A stretch of 64,000 nucleotides of DNA. It comes from Squalus acanthias (Eukaryota). Numbering within the stretch: the stretch's first letter is position 1; every line of letters begins with the position of its first letter. The translations under genes and the position numbers were made by a program. The stretch lies in contig JASTWF010000033.1 of assembly GCA_030390025.1 (NCBI GenBank), positions 6,140,001 through 6,204,000 of the forward strand, read 5' to 3'. The notes beneath the pieces were generated by a model. The model saw only the letters and a list, made by a program, of their open reading frames with translations. It did not search any database and had not been told where the DNA came from. Shown here piece after piece: positions 50,501 through 63,210 of the stretch.

Positions 50501-53500
50501 AGAGCATACAATGTGTAAATTAACGAATATCTGTAACTTTATTCCACATTGTAGAAGATTGCATGTGTAAATTAACAATTAACTGTAACTTTATTCACTG
50601 GTGTGGACGATACCATGTCTAAATTAACAATTAACAGTAACATCATTCCCCGGTGTAGAGGATACAATGTTTAAATTAACAATTAACTGTAACTTTATAC
50701 CCTGGTGTAAAGGGTACCATGAGTAAATTAATAATTAACTATAACTTTATTAATTGCTGTAGGGGATAGCATGTGTAAATTAACAATTAACTGTAAATTG
50801 ATTAACTGCTGTAGGAGATACCACGTGTAAATTAACAATTAACTGTAACTTTATTTCCCGGTGCAGAGGATACCATGTGTAAATTAACAATTAACTGAAA
50901 TTTTATTCCCTGGTGTAAAGGATACAAAGTGTAAATTAACAATAATCTGTAACTTTATTCCCTGGTGTAGAGAATACAATGTGTAAATTAACAATTAACT
51001 GTAAATTATTCCCCGGTGTAGAGGATACCATGTGTAAATTAGAAATTAAATTTAACTTTATTCACTGCTGTCGAGGATATCATTTGTAAATTAACAATTA
51101 ACTGTAACTTTATTCCCCGGCGTGGAGGACACCATGTGTAAATTAACAATTAACTGTAACTTTATTCCCCGGTGCAGAGGATACCATGTGTAAATTAGCA
51201 ATTAAATTTAACTTTATTCCTCGGTGTCGGGATTACTATGTGTAAATTAACAGTTAACTGTAACTTTATTCACTGCTGCAGAGGATACTATGTGTACATT
51301 ATCATTTAACTGTGACGCTATTCCCTGGTGTAGAGGACACCATGTGTAAATTAACAATTAACTGTAACTTTATTCCCCGGTGTAGAGGATACCATGCGAA
51401 AATTTACAATTAACTGTATCTTTATTCCCCGGTGTGGAGGATACCATGTGTAAATTAACAGTTAACTGTAACTTTATTACCCGGTGTAGAGGATACCATG
51501 TGTAAATTAACAATTAACTGTAACTTTAGTCACTGCTGTAGAGTATACCATGTGTAAATTAACACATAACTGTAACTTTATTCACTGCTGTAGAGGATTT
51601 CATGTGTAATTTAACAATTAACTGTAATTTAAATCAATGGTGCAGAGGTTATCATGTTTAAATTAACAATTGACTGTAACTTTATCCCCTGGTGCAGAGG
51701 ATATCATGTTTAAATTAACAATTAACTGTAACTTTATTCACTGCTGTCGAGTATATCATGTGTAAATTAACAATTAACTGTAACTTAATTCCCCGGTGTA
51801 GAGGATACCATGTGTAAATTAACAATTAACTGTAACTTTATTCCCCGGTGTAGAGGATACCATGTGTAAATTAACAATTAACTGTAAATTTATTTCGGGG
51901 TGTGGTGGACACAATGTGTAAATTAACAATTATCTGTACCTTTATTCCCCGGTGTAGAGGTTACAATGTGTAAAGTAACAATTAACTGTAACTTTATTCC
52001 CCGGAGTAGAGGATACAATGTGTAAATTAACGAATATCTGTTACTTTATTCCACATTGTAGAGGATAGCATGTGTAAATTAACAATTAACTGTAACTTTA
52101 TTCACTGGTGTGGACGATACCATGTCAAAATTAACAATTAACATTAACGTCATTCCCCGGTGTAGAGGATACAATGTTTAAATTAACAATTAACTGTAAC
52201 TTTATTCCACGGTGTAGAGGATAACATGTGTAAAAAATCAATTAACTGTAAATTTATTCACTGGTGTAGAGGAAACAATGTGTAAATTAACAATTAACTG
52301 AAACTTTATTCACTGCCTCAGAGGATGCCATGTGTAAATTAACAATTAACTGTAACTTTATTCCCTGGTGTAGAGGATACTATGTGTAAATTATCATTGA
52401 ACTGTGACGTTATTCCCTGGTGTAGAGGATACCATGTGTAAATTAACAATTGACTTTAACTTTATTCACTGCTGTCGAGGATATCTTTTGTAAATTAACA
52501 ATTAACTGCAACTTTATTCCCCGGTGTGGAGGATACCATGTGTAAATTAACAATTAACTGTAACTTTATTCACTGCTGTAGAGGATATCTTTTGTAAATT
52601 AACAATTAACTGTAACTTTATTCCCCGGTGTGGAGGATACCATATGTAAAGTAACAATTAACTGTAACTTTATAAAATTTTGCAGAGGTTACCATGTGTA
52701 AATTAAGAATTAACTGTAACATTATTCCCCGGTGTGGAGTATACCAATTGTAAATTAACAGTTAACTGTAACTTTATTCCCCGGTGAAGAGGATCCTATG
52801 TTTAATTTAACAATTAAAGGTAACTTTATTCCCCGGAGTAGAGGATACAATGTGTAAATTAACGAATATCTGCAACTTTATTCCCCGTTGTAGACGATAG
52901 CATGTGTAAATTAACAATTAACTGTAACTTTATTCCCCGGTGCAGAGGATACCATGTGTACATTAACAATTAACTGTAACTTTATTTACTGCTGCAGAGG
53001 ATACCATGTGTAAATTAACATTTAACTGTGACTTTATTCCCTGGTGTAGAGGATAACATGTGTAAATTAACAATAATCTGTAACTTTATTCCCTGGTGTA
53101 GAGGATACCATGTGTAAATTAACATTTAACTGTGACTTTATTCACTGGTGTAGAGGATAACATGTGTAAATTAACAATTAACTGTGACTTTATTCCCTGG
53201 TGTAGAGGATAACATGTGTAAATTTACAATTAACTGCAACTTTATTCCCTGGTGTAGAGGATACCATGTGTAAATTAACAATTAACTGTAACTTTATTCA
53301 CTGCCTCGGAGGATACCATGTGTAAATTAACAATTAACTGTAACTTTGTTCCCCGGTGTGGAGGATACCATGCGTAAATTAACAATTAACTGTAACTTTC
53401 TTCCCCAATATAGTGGACACCATGTGTAAATTAACAATTAACTGTAACTTTATTCCCCGGTGCAGAGGATAACATGTGTAAATTAACAATAATCTGTAAC

Positions 53501-56500
53501 TTTATTCCCTTGTGCAGAGGATACCATGTGTAAATTACGAATTAACTGTAAATTACTCCGCGATGCAGATGATACCATGTGTAAATTAACAATTAAATGT
53601 AACTTTATTAACTTCTGCAGAGGTTACCATGTGTAAATTAACAATTAACTGTAACTTTATTCCCCGGTGTGGAGGATACAACGTGTAAATTAACAATTAA
53701 CTGTAACTTTGTTCCGTGGTGTGGTGGATACCATGTGTAAATTAACAGTTAACTGTAACTTTATTCCCCGGTGTAGAGGTTACAATGTGTAAATTAACAG
53801 TTAACTGTAACATTATTCCCCGGTGAAGAGGATCCTATGTTTAATTTAACAATTAAAGGTAACGTTATTCCCCGGAATAGAGTATACAATGTGAAAATTA
53901 ACGAATATCTGCAACTTTATTCCCCGTTGTAGAGGATAACATGTGTAACTGAACAATTAACTGTAACATCATTCCCCGGTGTAGTGGATACAATGCTTAA
54001 ATTAACAATTAACTGTAACTTTATTCCCTGGTGTAGAGGATACCATGTTAAATTAACAATTAACTGTAACTGTATTCACTGCTGCAGAGGATACCATGTG
54101 TAAATTAACGATTTACTGTATCTTTATTCCCTGGTGTAGAGGAAACCATGTGTAAATTAACAATTAACTGTAACTTTATTCACTGCTGCAGAGGATACCA
54201 TGTGTAAATTAACAATTACCTGCAACTTTATTCTCTGCTGTCGAGGATTGCATGTGTAATTTAACAATTAACTCTAACTTTATTCCCCGGTGCAGAGGAT
54301 ACCATGTGTAATTTAACAATTAACGGTAACTTTATTCCTCGGTGTCGGGATTACTATGTGTAAATTAACAGTTAACTGTAAATTTATTCACTGCTGTAGA
54401 GGATACCATGCGAAAATTTACAATTAACTGTATCTTTATTCCCCGGTGTGGAGGATACCATGTTTAAATTAACAGTTAACTGTAACTTTATTACCCGGTG
54501 TAGAGGATACCATGTGTAAATTAACAATTAACTGTAACTTTAGTCACTGCTGTAGAGTATACCATGTGTTAATTAACACATAACTGTAACTTTATTCACT
54601 GCTGTAGAGGATTTCATGTGTAATTTAACAATTAACTGTAATTTAAATCCCTGGTGCAGAGGTTATCATGTTTAAATTAACAATTAACTGTAACATCATT
54701 TCCCGGTGTAGAGGATACCATGTGTAAATAAACAATTAACTGTAACTTTATTCCCCGGTGTGCAGGATACAATGTGTAAATTTGCAATTAACTGTAACTT
54801 TATTCCCCGGTGCCGTGGATACCATGTGTAAATTAACAATTAACTGTAACTTTATTCCCCGGTGTAGAGGTTACAATGTGTAAATTAACGAATTAACTGT
54901 AACTTTATTCCCCGGTGAAGAGGATACTATGTTTAACTTAACAATTAACTGTAACTTTATTCCCCGGAGTAGAGGATACAATGTGTAAATTAACGAACAT
55001 CTGTAACTTTATTCCCCTGGTGTAGAGGATACCATGTGTAAATTACAATTAACTGTAACTTTATTCACTGGTGCTGACGGATACCATGTCTAAATTAACA
55101 ATTAACTGTAACTTCATTCTCCTGGTGTAGAGGATACAATGTTAAATTAACAATTAACTGTAACTTTATTCACTGCTGCAGAGGATACCATGTGTAAATT
55201 AACAATTACTGTAACTGTATTCACTGGTGTAGAGGAAACAATGTGTAAATTAACAATTAACTGAAACTTTATTCACTGCCTCAGAGGATACCATGTGTAA
55301 ATTAACAATTAACTGTAACTTTATTCCCCGGTGCAGAGGATACCATGTGTCAATTAACAATTAACTGTAACTTTATTCCCTGCTGTAGAGGATACCGTGT
55401 GTAAATTAACAATTAACTGTAACTTTATTCCCTGGTGTAGAGGATACCATGTGTAAATTAACAATTAACTGTAATTTTATTCCCCGGTGCAGAGGATACC
55501 ATGTGTAAATTAACAATTAACTTTAACTTTATTTAATGTTGTCGAGGATATCTTTTGTAAATTAACAATTAACTGTAACTTTATTCCCCGGTGTGGAGGA
55601 TACCATGTGTAAATTAACAATTAACTGTAACTTTATTCACTGCTGTAGAGGATACCATGTGAAAATTTACAATTAACTGTAACATTATTCCCCGGTGTGG
55701 AGGATACCATGTGTAAATTAACAGTTAACTGTAACGTTATTCCCTGGTGTAAAGGATATCTTGCGTAAATTAACAATTAACTGTAACTTTCTTCCCCGGT
55801 GTAGAGGTTACAATGTGTAAATTAACAATTAACTGTAACATTATTCCCCGGTGAAGAGGATCCTATGTTTAATTTAACAATTAAAGGTAACTTTATTCCC
55901 CGGAGTAGAGGATACAATGAGTAAATTAACGAATATCTGCAACTTTATTCCCCGTTGTAGACGATAGCATGTGTAAATTAACAATTAACTGTAACTTTAT
56001 TCACTGGTGTGGACGATACCATGTTTAAATTAACAATTAACTGTAACTTTATTCCACGGTGCAGAGGATACCATGTGTACATTAACAATTAACTGTAACT
56101 TTATTTACTGCTGCAGAGGATACCATGTGTAAATTAAATTTAACTGTGACTTTATTCCCTGGTGTAGTGGATACCATGTGTAAATTAACAATTACCTTTA
56201 ACTTTATTCACTGCTGTCGAGGATATCTTTTGTAAATGAACAATTAACTGTTACTGTATTCCCTGGTGTAGAGGATACCATGTGTAAATTAACAATAATC
56301 TGTAACTTTATTCCCTGGTGTTGAGGATACCATGTGAAAATTAACATTTAACTGTGACTTTATTCACTGGTGTAGAGGATAACATGTGTAAATTAACAAT
56401 AATCTGTAACTTTATTCCCTGGTGTTGAGGATACCATGTGTAAATTAACAATTAACTGTAACTTTATTCCCTGGTGTAGAGGATACCATGTGTAAATTAA

Positions 56501-57468
56501 CAATAATCTGTAACTTTATTCCCTGGTGTAGAGGATACCATGTGTAAATTAACAATTAACTGTGACTTTATTCCCTGGTGTAGAGGATAACATGTGTAAA
56601 TTAACAATAATCTGTAACTTTATTCCCTGGTGTAGAGGATACCATGTGTAAATTAACAATTAACTGTTAATTATTCCCCGGTGTAGAGGATACCATGTGT
56701 AAATTAACAATTAACTGTACCTTTATTCACTGCTGCAGAGGATACCATCAGTAAATTATCAATTTGCTCTAAATTGTTTCTCTGGTGTAGAGGATACCAT
56801 GTGTAAATTCACAATTAACAGTAACTTTGTTTCTTGGGTGTAGAGGATAACATGTGTAATTTAACAATTAACGGTAACTTTATTCCTCGGTGTCGGGATT
56901 ACCATGTGTAAATTAACAATTAACTGTAACTTTATTCACTGCTGTAGAGGATACCATGCGAAAATTTACAATTAACTGTAACTTTATTCCCCGGTGTGGA
57001 GGATACCATGTGTAAATTAACAGTTAACTGTAACTTTATTTCCCGGTGTAGAGGATACCATGTGTAAATTAACAAATAACTGTAACTTTATTCACTGCTG
57101 TAGAGTATACCATGTGTAAATTAGCAATTAACTGCAACTTTATTCTCTGCTGTAGAGGGTTCCATGTGTAATTTAACAATTAACTCTAACTTAATTCCCT
57201 GGTGTAGTGGATATCATTTTTAAATTAACAATTAACTGTTACTTTATCCCCTGGTGTAGAGGATACCATGTTTAAATTAACAATTAACTCTAACTTCATT
57301 TCTCGGTGTGGAGGATACCATGTGTAAATTAAGAATTAAATGTAACTTCATTTCCCGGTGTAGAGGATACCATGTGTAAATTAACAATTAACTGTAACTT
57401 TATTAACTGGTGCAGAGTTTGCCATGTTTAAATTAATAATTAACTGTAACTTTATTCCCCGGTGTGGT
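32581..57468. repeat. 52-bp satellite array, ~25 kb uninterrupted
   Basis: About 478 monomers with 1.5-2.6 kb higher-order duplications; ends abruptly at ...TTCCCCGGTGTGGT. Confidence 0.98.
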
Positions 57469-57520
57469 ACAGATCTCGTGCAAGAATCTGAGCTTACACA
57501 GGAAGAGGAAACGTATTATT

Positions 57521-57818
57521 AGAAATAGGAGTACGCCATTCGGCCCTTCGAGCTTTCTTTGCAGTTAGTAGCCAATAATCTATTGATCTTTGTCTTGAAA
57601 ATACTCAACAACTGGGAATCCACAGCCTCTGGGGTAGAGAATTCCAAAGATTCATAACCCTTTGAGTGAAGATATATCTCCTCACTTTAGTCCTAATTGG
57701 CCGACCCCCTTATTCTGAGACTCTGACCCCTAGTACTAGACTCGCCAGGCAGTGGAAACATCCTCCCAGCATCTACCCTGTGAAGCCCCTTAAGAATTTT
57801 ATGTTTCAATGAAATTAC
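57521..57818 (-). mobile_element. Old CR1 3'-end fragment
   Basis: Translates KILKGLHRVDAGRMFPLPGESSTRGQSLRIRG; degenerate GCCATTCGGCCCTTCGAGC 3'UTR motif. Confidence 0.8.
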
Positions 57819-57849
57819 ATCATGGAACTGTGCAGGGGCTGAGTACAAA

Positions 57850-58130
57850 GCATGAAATGAGTGACCATCTAGAGGGGCACTGCAGTCACAGGTGTAGTGA
57901 GCCCCCTGAGTACTGCACCTGTCTAATAGATGCCTGCTATTGGGCACTATAAGTTGGATAGAGACAGTGACTCATAGGATGTCTTCCTAAGCAACAGTGT
58001 GACACCAGGCAGCAGGAGGCCACCTCGAGTGTTGGGGGGGTAGGAGGTTTACAGCAGTTTACCCAAAGGAATAAGAGAACGATAAAAGTGTCTGATTCGA
58101 CAGTTTGGGGAATAGACAGCTTCTGGTGCC
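57850..58130 (+). mobile_element. Highly decayed CR1 ORF1-like fragment
   Basis: Patchy similarity to ORF1 of copies 1 and 2 (e.g. GATTCGACAGTTTGGGGAATAGACAG vs GACTCAATTGTAAGGGGAATAGACAG). Confidence 0.4.
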
Positions 58131-58239
58131 AGATGAAATAAAATGTTAGAACTGGTGTGACCTTTTCTGGAAAGGCAAGGAGAGCAGAAAATACTTCCGG
58201 TCAAAACCAATAACACAACTAGAAATCCATTTTATAAAA

Positions 58240-58940
58240 ATCATTTTCAAATTGCGAGTGTCACTGGCAAGCTCAGCATTTTTTCCCCATTCCTGGTTGC
58301 CCTTGAATAGGTGGTGGTAGGCTACCTTCTTGAATGGCTGCGGTCCACATGGTGAAGGTGCTCCGTCAGTGCTTTTAGGTAGGGAGTTCCAAAGTTGACA
58401 TCCAGCGACAATGAAGAAGCAGTGATGTCTACTGTTCATGTTAGGATGTTGTGTCATTTTAAGGGGTACTTCAAGGTGATGCTATTCCCTTGCACCTGCT
58501 TCCCTCGTCCTTCTATTGGTAAATGAAATGGGTTTGGGTGGTGCTTTCAACGATAGATTCGCAATTTACTTGAGTGCATCCTGCAGACAGCACACTGTAG
58601 CCACGGTCCGCCAGTGGTGGAGGGTGTGAATATTTACCCAATGGATGGGGTGCTGATCAAGCTGAATACTTTGTGCTGAATTGTGTCGAGCTTCATGAGT
58701 GTTGTTGCAATTGCACTCGTCCAGACAAATGTAGAGTGTTCCATCACTTCCTGACGTGCCGAGTAGGCGGGGGAATTAACTTGGGTTGAGGTGGTGAGCC
58801 ACCCGCCACAGAATCCCAGCCTCTGGCCTGCTCCAGTAGGTACGCTCTTTATGTGGCTGATGCAGTATAATTATTGGATGATGTGCGGGGGCTTGGTGAT
58901 GGTAATGTCATTGACTCTCATGGGAATGTGGTTGAGGAGA
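58240..58940 (-). mobile_element. Old 3' fragment of the second LINE family
   Basis: Reverse complement aligns by eye with ~62530-63270 (FFIVAGCQLWNSLP..FKKVAYHHLFKGN vs SFIVAGSKSQNSLP..FKKAAHHHLLKDN). Confidence 0.8.
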
Positions 58941-58952
58941 TGGAGATGACAA

Positions 58953-59610
58953 GGGAAAGGTAGCATAGTGGTTACGTTACTGGACGAATCCTCTGAAGCT
59001 GGGGAATTTAAATTCAGCTAATTAAATAAATCTGGAATAAAAAGTTACGATCAGTAATGGTGACCACGAAACTACCGGATTGTTGTAAAAACCCATTTGG
59101 TTGACTAACGACCTTTAGGGAAGGAACTCTGCCGTCCATAAATGGTACCGGCCTATACGTGTCTCTTAACTGCCCTCTGAAATGCTCTAACAAGCCACTC
59201 AGTTCTACCAAACTGCTACAGAAATCAATAAAAAGAAGAATAAACGCAGACAGACCACTCGGCATCGACCTCAGCACCGGCTTTGGACAAGAAAAACGCG
59301 CACACAAACAAGTCGAAGCTGCAAAGTCCTCCTCACCAACATCTGGGGACGTGTGTGAAAATTGGGAGAGTTGTCCCACAGACTAGGGAAACAACAGCCT
59401 GACATGGTCATACTCACAGAATCATAACCTTCAGCAAATGTCACAGAATCCACCATCTGCACCAGATGAGGCGGCACATTGGTATACAGTCAGGAGGGAG
59501 TGGTCCGGGGAGTTTTGAACATTGACTCCAGACCCCACGAAGCCTCATGGCACAGGTCAAGCATGGGCAAGGAAACTCCTGCCGATTACCACCTGCCGCC
59601 ATCCCTCAGT
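58953..59610 (+). mobile_element. 5' fragment (copy A) of the tRNA-headed LINE family
   Basis: A box TAGCATAGTGG 58961-58971 (B-box region largely deleted), shared leader, then the APE start KVLLTNIWG..QQPDMVILTES; collinear with 59614-60282. Confidence 0.8.
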
Positions 59611-59621
59611 TATGGGGACGG

Positions 59622-59697
59622 TAGCGTAGTAGTAATGTCACTGGGCTAGTAAGCCAGTAGGCCTTGACTAATGACCCAGAGACGTGAGTTCAAATCC
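59622..59697 (+). promoter_or_regulatory. Pol III type-2 promoter (tRNA-derived A and B boxes)
   Basis: A box TAGCGTAGTAG 59622-59632; B box GTTCAAATCC 59688-59697. Confidence 0.7.
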
Positions 59698-60015
59698 CAC
59701 CACGGCAGCTGGGGAATTTAAATTCAGCTAATTAAAAAAATCTGGAATAAAAAACCAGTATCAGTAAAGGTAACATCAAAAAATAACATCTGGTTCACGA
59801 ATGTCCTTTAGGGAAAGAAATCTGCCGTCCTTATCCAGACCCACAGCAATGTGGTTGACTCTTAACTGCCCTCTGAAATGGCCCAGCAAGTCACTCAGTG
59901 ATAACTAACCGCTACGAAACAAAATAACAAGAATGAAATCGGACGGACCACCTGGCATCGACCTCGGCACCGGCTACGGACACGGCAACGGCACGCTCAG
60001 ACCAGTCAACCCTGC

Positions 60016-63000
60016 AAAGTCCTCCTCACCAACATCTGGGGATTGTGCCAAAATTGGGAGAGGTGTCCCACTGACTAGTCAAGCAACAGCCTGACATAGT
60101 CATACACACAGAATCATACCTTTCAGCCAATGTCCCGAAATCCTCCATCACCATCCACTGCGTATGTCCTGTCCCACCGGCAGGACAGACCCAACAGGGT
60201 TGGCGGCACAGTGGTATACAGTCGGGAAGGAGTGGCCCTGGGAGTCCTCAACATTGACTCCAAACCCCATGAAGTCTCATGGCTGCAGGGCATTCTGGAG
60301 GGGGATGGTGAACAGCCAGTTGTCGTGGTGCATATAGGTAAAACACGGGATGATTTCCTAAAAGCTGAATGTTAGGAGGTAAATTAAAAATGTAGAATCT
60401 CAAAGGTATTAATCTCCGGATTGCTACCAGTGCCACGTGCTAGTCAGAGTAGAAATAGAAGGATATTTCAGATGAATACGTGGCTGGAGGAATGTTGCAA
60501 GGGGAAGGGATTCAAATTCCTGGGACATTGGAACCGGTTCTGGGGGAGGAGGGACCGTTTGCAAACTGGACGGTTTGCACCTGGGCAGGACCGGGACGGA
60601 TGTCCTAGGGGAAGTGTTTGCTAGTGCTGTTGAGGAAGGCTTACACTAAAATTGCAGGGGGTTGGGAAACTGTGCAGGGAGACAGTGGAAAGGGAAGCAA
60701 GGCTAGAAGCAAAAGACAGGAAGGAGAAAAGCAAAAGTGGCAGTCAGAGAAATCAAGGGTGTAAATCAAACATTGGCCACAGTAAATAATAATTCTAAAA
60801 GGTCTAAGTGTAAAAAAAAGGCTGCAGGCTTTGTGTCTTAATGCGAGGAACATTCATAATAAGGTGTATAAATTAGCTGCGCAAATAAATGTAGATATGG
60901 CCGAGTCCTGAAGGACATATCTGCCAGTCTGGGCCTGCGACATGTGGTGAGTGAATCAAGTAGAGGGAAAAACCTACTTGACCTCGTCCTCACCAATCTA
61001 CCTGTCGCAGATGCATCTGTCCATGACAGCATTGGTAGCAGACACCACCGCACATTCATTTTGGAGACGAAGTCCCGTCTTCACACTGAGGACACCCTCC
61101 ATCGTGTTGTGTGGCACTATCACCGTGCTAAATGGGATAGATTCAGAACAGATCTAGCAGCTGAAAACTGGGCATCCATGAGGCGCTGTGGTGCAGCAGC
61201 AGAATTGTATTCCACCATAATCTGTAACCTCATGGCCCGGCATATCCCTCACTCTACCATTACCACCAAGCCAGGGGACCACCCTGGTTCAACAACGAGT
61301 GTAGAAGAGCATGCTAGGAGCAGCACCAGGTGTACCTAAAAATGAGGTGCCAACCTGGGGAAGCTGCAGCACAGGACCACATGCATGATAAAAGTGGAAG
61401 CAGCATGCTATAGACCGGGCTAAGCGATCCCACAATCAACGGATCAGATCAAAGCTCTGCAGTCGTGAATGGTGGTGGACCATTAAACAACTAACGGGAG
61501 GAGGAGGCTCCATGAATATCCACAGCCTCAATGATGGTGGAGCCCAGCAAGTGAGTGCAAAAGACAAGGCTGAAGCGTTTGCAACCAACTTCAGTCGGAA
61601 ATGTCGATGGGATCATCCACATCGGTCTACTCCCGAGATCCCCACCATCACAGAAGCCAGTCTTCAGTCAATTCGGTTCACTCCACGTGATATCAAGAAA
61701 CGGCTGAGCGCACTGGATACAGCAAAGGCTGTGGGCCCCGACAACATCCCGGCTGTCGTGCTGAAGACTTGTGCTTCATAACTAGCTGCGCCTCTAGCCA
61801 ACCTGTTCCAGTACAGCTACAACACTGGCATCTATCCGACAATGTGGAAAACTGCCCACAATCGTTTCCACAAGAAGCAGGACAAATCCAACCCGGCCAA
61901 TTACCATCCCATCAGTCTACTCTCAATCATCAGCAAAGTGATGGAAGATGCCATCGACAGTGCTATCAAGCGGCACTTACTCACCAATAACCTGCTCACT
62001 GATGCCCAGTTTGGGTTCCACCAAGACCACTCGGCTCCCGACCTCATTACAGCCTTCGTCCAAAATGGACAAAGGAGGTGAATTCCAGAGGTGAGGTGAG
62101 AGTGACTGCCCTGGACATCAAGGCAACATTTAACCGAGTCTGACATCAAGGAGCCCGAGTAAAACAGAAGTCAATCGGAATCAGGGGGAAAACGTTCCTC
62201 TGGCTGCAGTCATACCTAGCACAAAGGAAGATGGTTGTGGTGGTTGAAGGTCAATCAGCGCAGCCCAAGGACATCGCTGCAGGAGTTCCTCAGGGCAGTG
62301 TCCTAGGCCCAAACATCTTCAGCTGCTTCATCAATGAACTTCCCTCCAACATAAGGTCAGAAATGGGGAAGTTCGCTGATGACTGTACAGTGTTCAGCGC
62401 CATTCACAACTCCACAGACAATGAAGTCCATACCTGCATGCAACAAGACCTGGAGACGTTTTGGCTTGAGCGGATAAGTGGCAGGTAACATTCGCGCCAC
62501 AGAAGTGCCAGGCAATAACTATCCCCAACAAGCGAGAGTCTAACCATCGCCCCTTGAGATTCAATGGCATGAGCATTGCCGAATCCCCCACCATCAACAT
62601 CCTGGGGGGTCACCATTGACCAGAAACTTAACTGGACCAGCTACGTAGATATTGTGGCAACAACAGCAGGTCAGAGGCTGGGTATTCTGCGGCGAGTGTC
62701 TCACCTCCTGACTCCCCAAAGCCTTTCTACCATCTACAAGGCAAAAGTAAGGAGTGTGATGGAATACTCGCCACTTGATTGGATGAGTGCTGCTCCAACA
62801 ACACCCAAGAAGATCGACATCATCCAGGAGAAAGCAGCCCGCTTGATCGGCAGCCCATCCACCACCTTAAATATTCACTCCCTCCAGCACAAGCGTACCG
62901 TGGCTGCAGAGTGTACCATCTACAAGATGCACTGCAGCAACTCGCCAAGGCTTCTTCGCAGCATCTCCTAAACCTGGGACCTCTTCCACCTAGAAGGACA

Positions 63001-63210
63001 AGGGTAGCAGGTGCATGGGAACACCACCACCTCCAAGTTCCCCTCCAAGTCACACACCATCCTGACTTGGAAGTATGTCGCCCATCCTTCATCGTCGCTG
63101 GGTCGAAATCCCAGAACTCCCTTCCTAACAGCACTATGGGAGTACCTTCACCACACGGACTGCAGCGGTTCAAGAAGGCGGCTCACCACCACCTTCTCAA
63201 GGACAATTGG
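60016..63210 (+). pseudogene. APE-RT ORF of the tRNA-headed LINE, multiply frameshifted
   Basis: KVLLTNIWG, QQPDIV, RGKNLLDLVLTN, KAVGPDNIP, NYHPISLLSIISKVME, QFGF, GVPQGSVLGP, FADD, NSLP. Confidence 0.88.
60283..60897 (+). mobile_element. Internal CR1 fragment (ORF1 C-terminal half and start of ORF2), no 3' tail
   Basis: LQGILEGDGEQPVVVVHIG..LPVPRASQSRNRRIFQMNTWLEE; closest to copy 2 region 10540-11170. Confidence 0.88.

Noticed and set aside
6014..57468. CRISPR-like look (constant part alternating with variable part)
   Set aside because: The variable parts are homologous point variants of one ~18-bp sequence, not unique spacers; no cas genes; the context is vertebrate LINEs.
58240..59610. 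Twin-priming inversion (minus-strand 3' part abutting plus-strand 5' head of the same family)
   Set aside because: The geometry fits, but well over 1 kb of the element is unaccounted for, I find no TSD, and the minus-strand piece looks more diverged; independent insertions are simpler.
59614..59705. Functional tRNA gene
   Set aside because: A and B boxes are present, but I cannot fold a convincing cloverleaf, there is no downstream T-run terminator, and it is embedded in a repeat leader.
58953..59900. Assigning the tRNA-headed leader to a named SINE (HE1/V-SINE, LF-SINE, DeuSINE)
   Set aside because: I do not see the central domains I associate with those families and cannot run a Dfam search, so no name is given.
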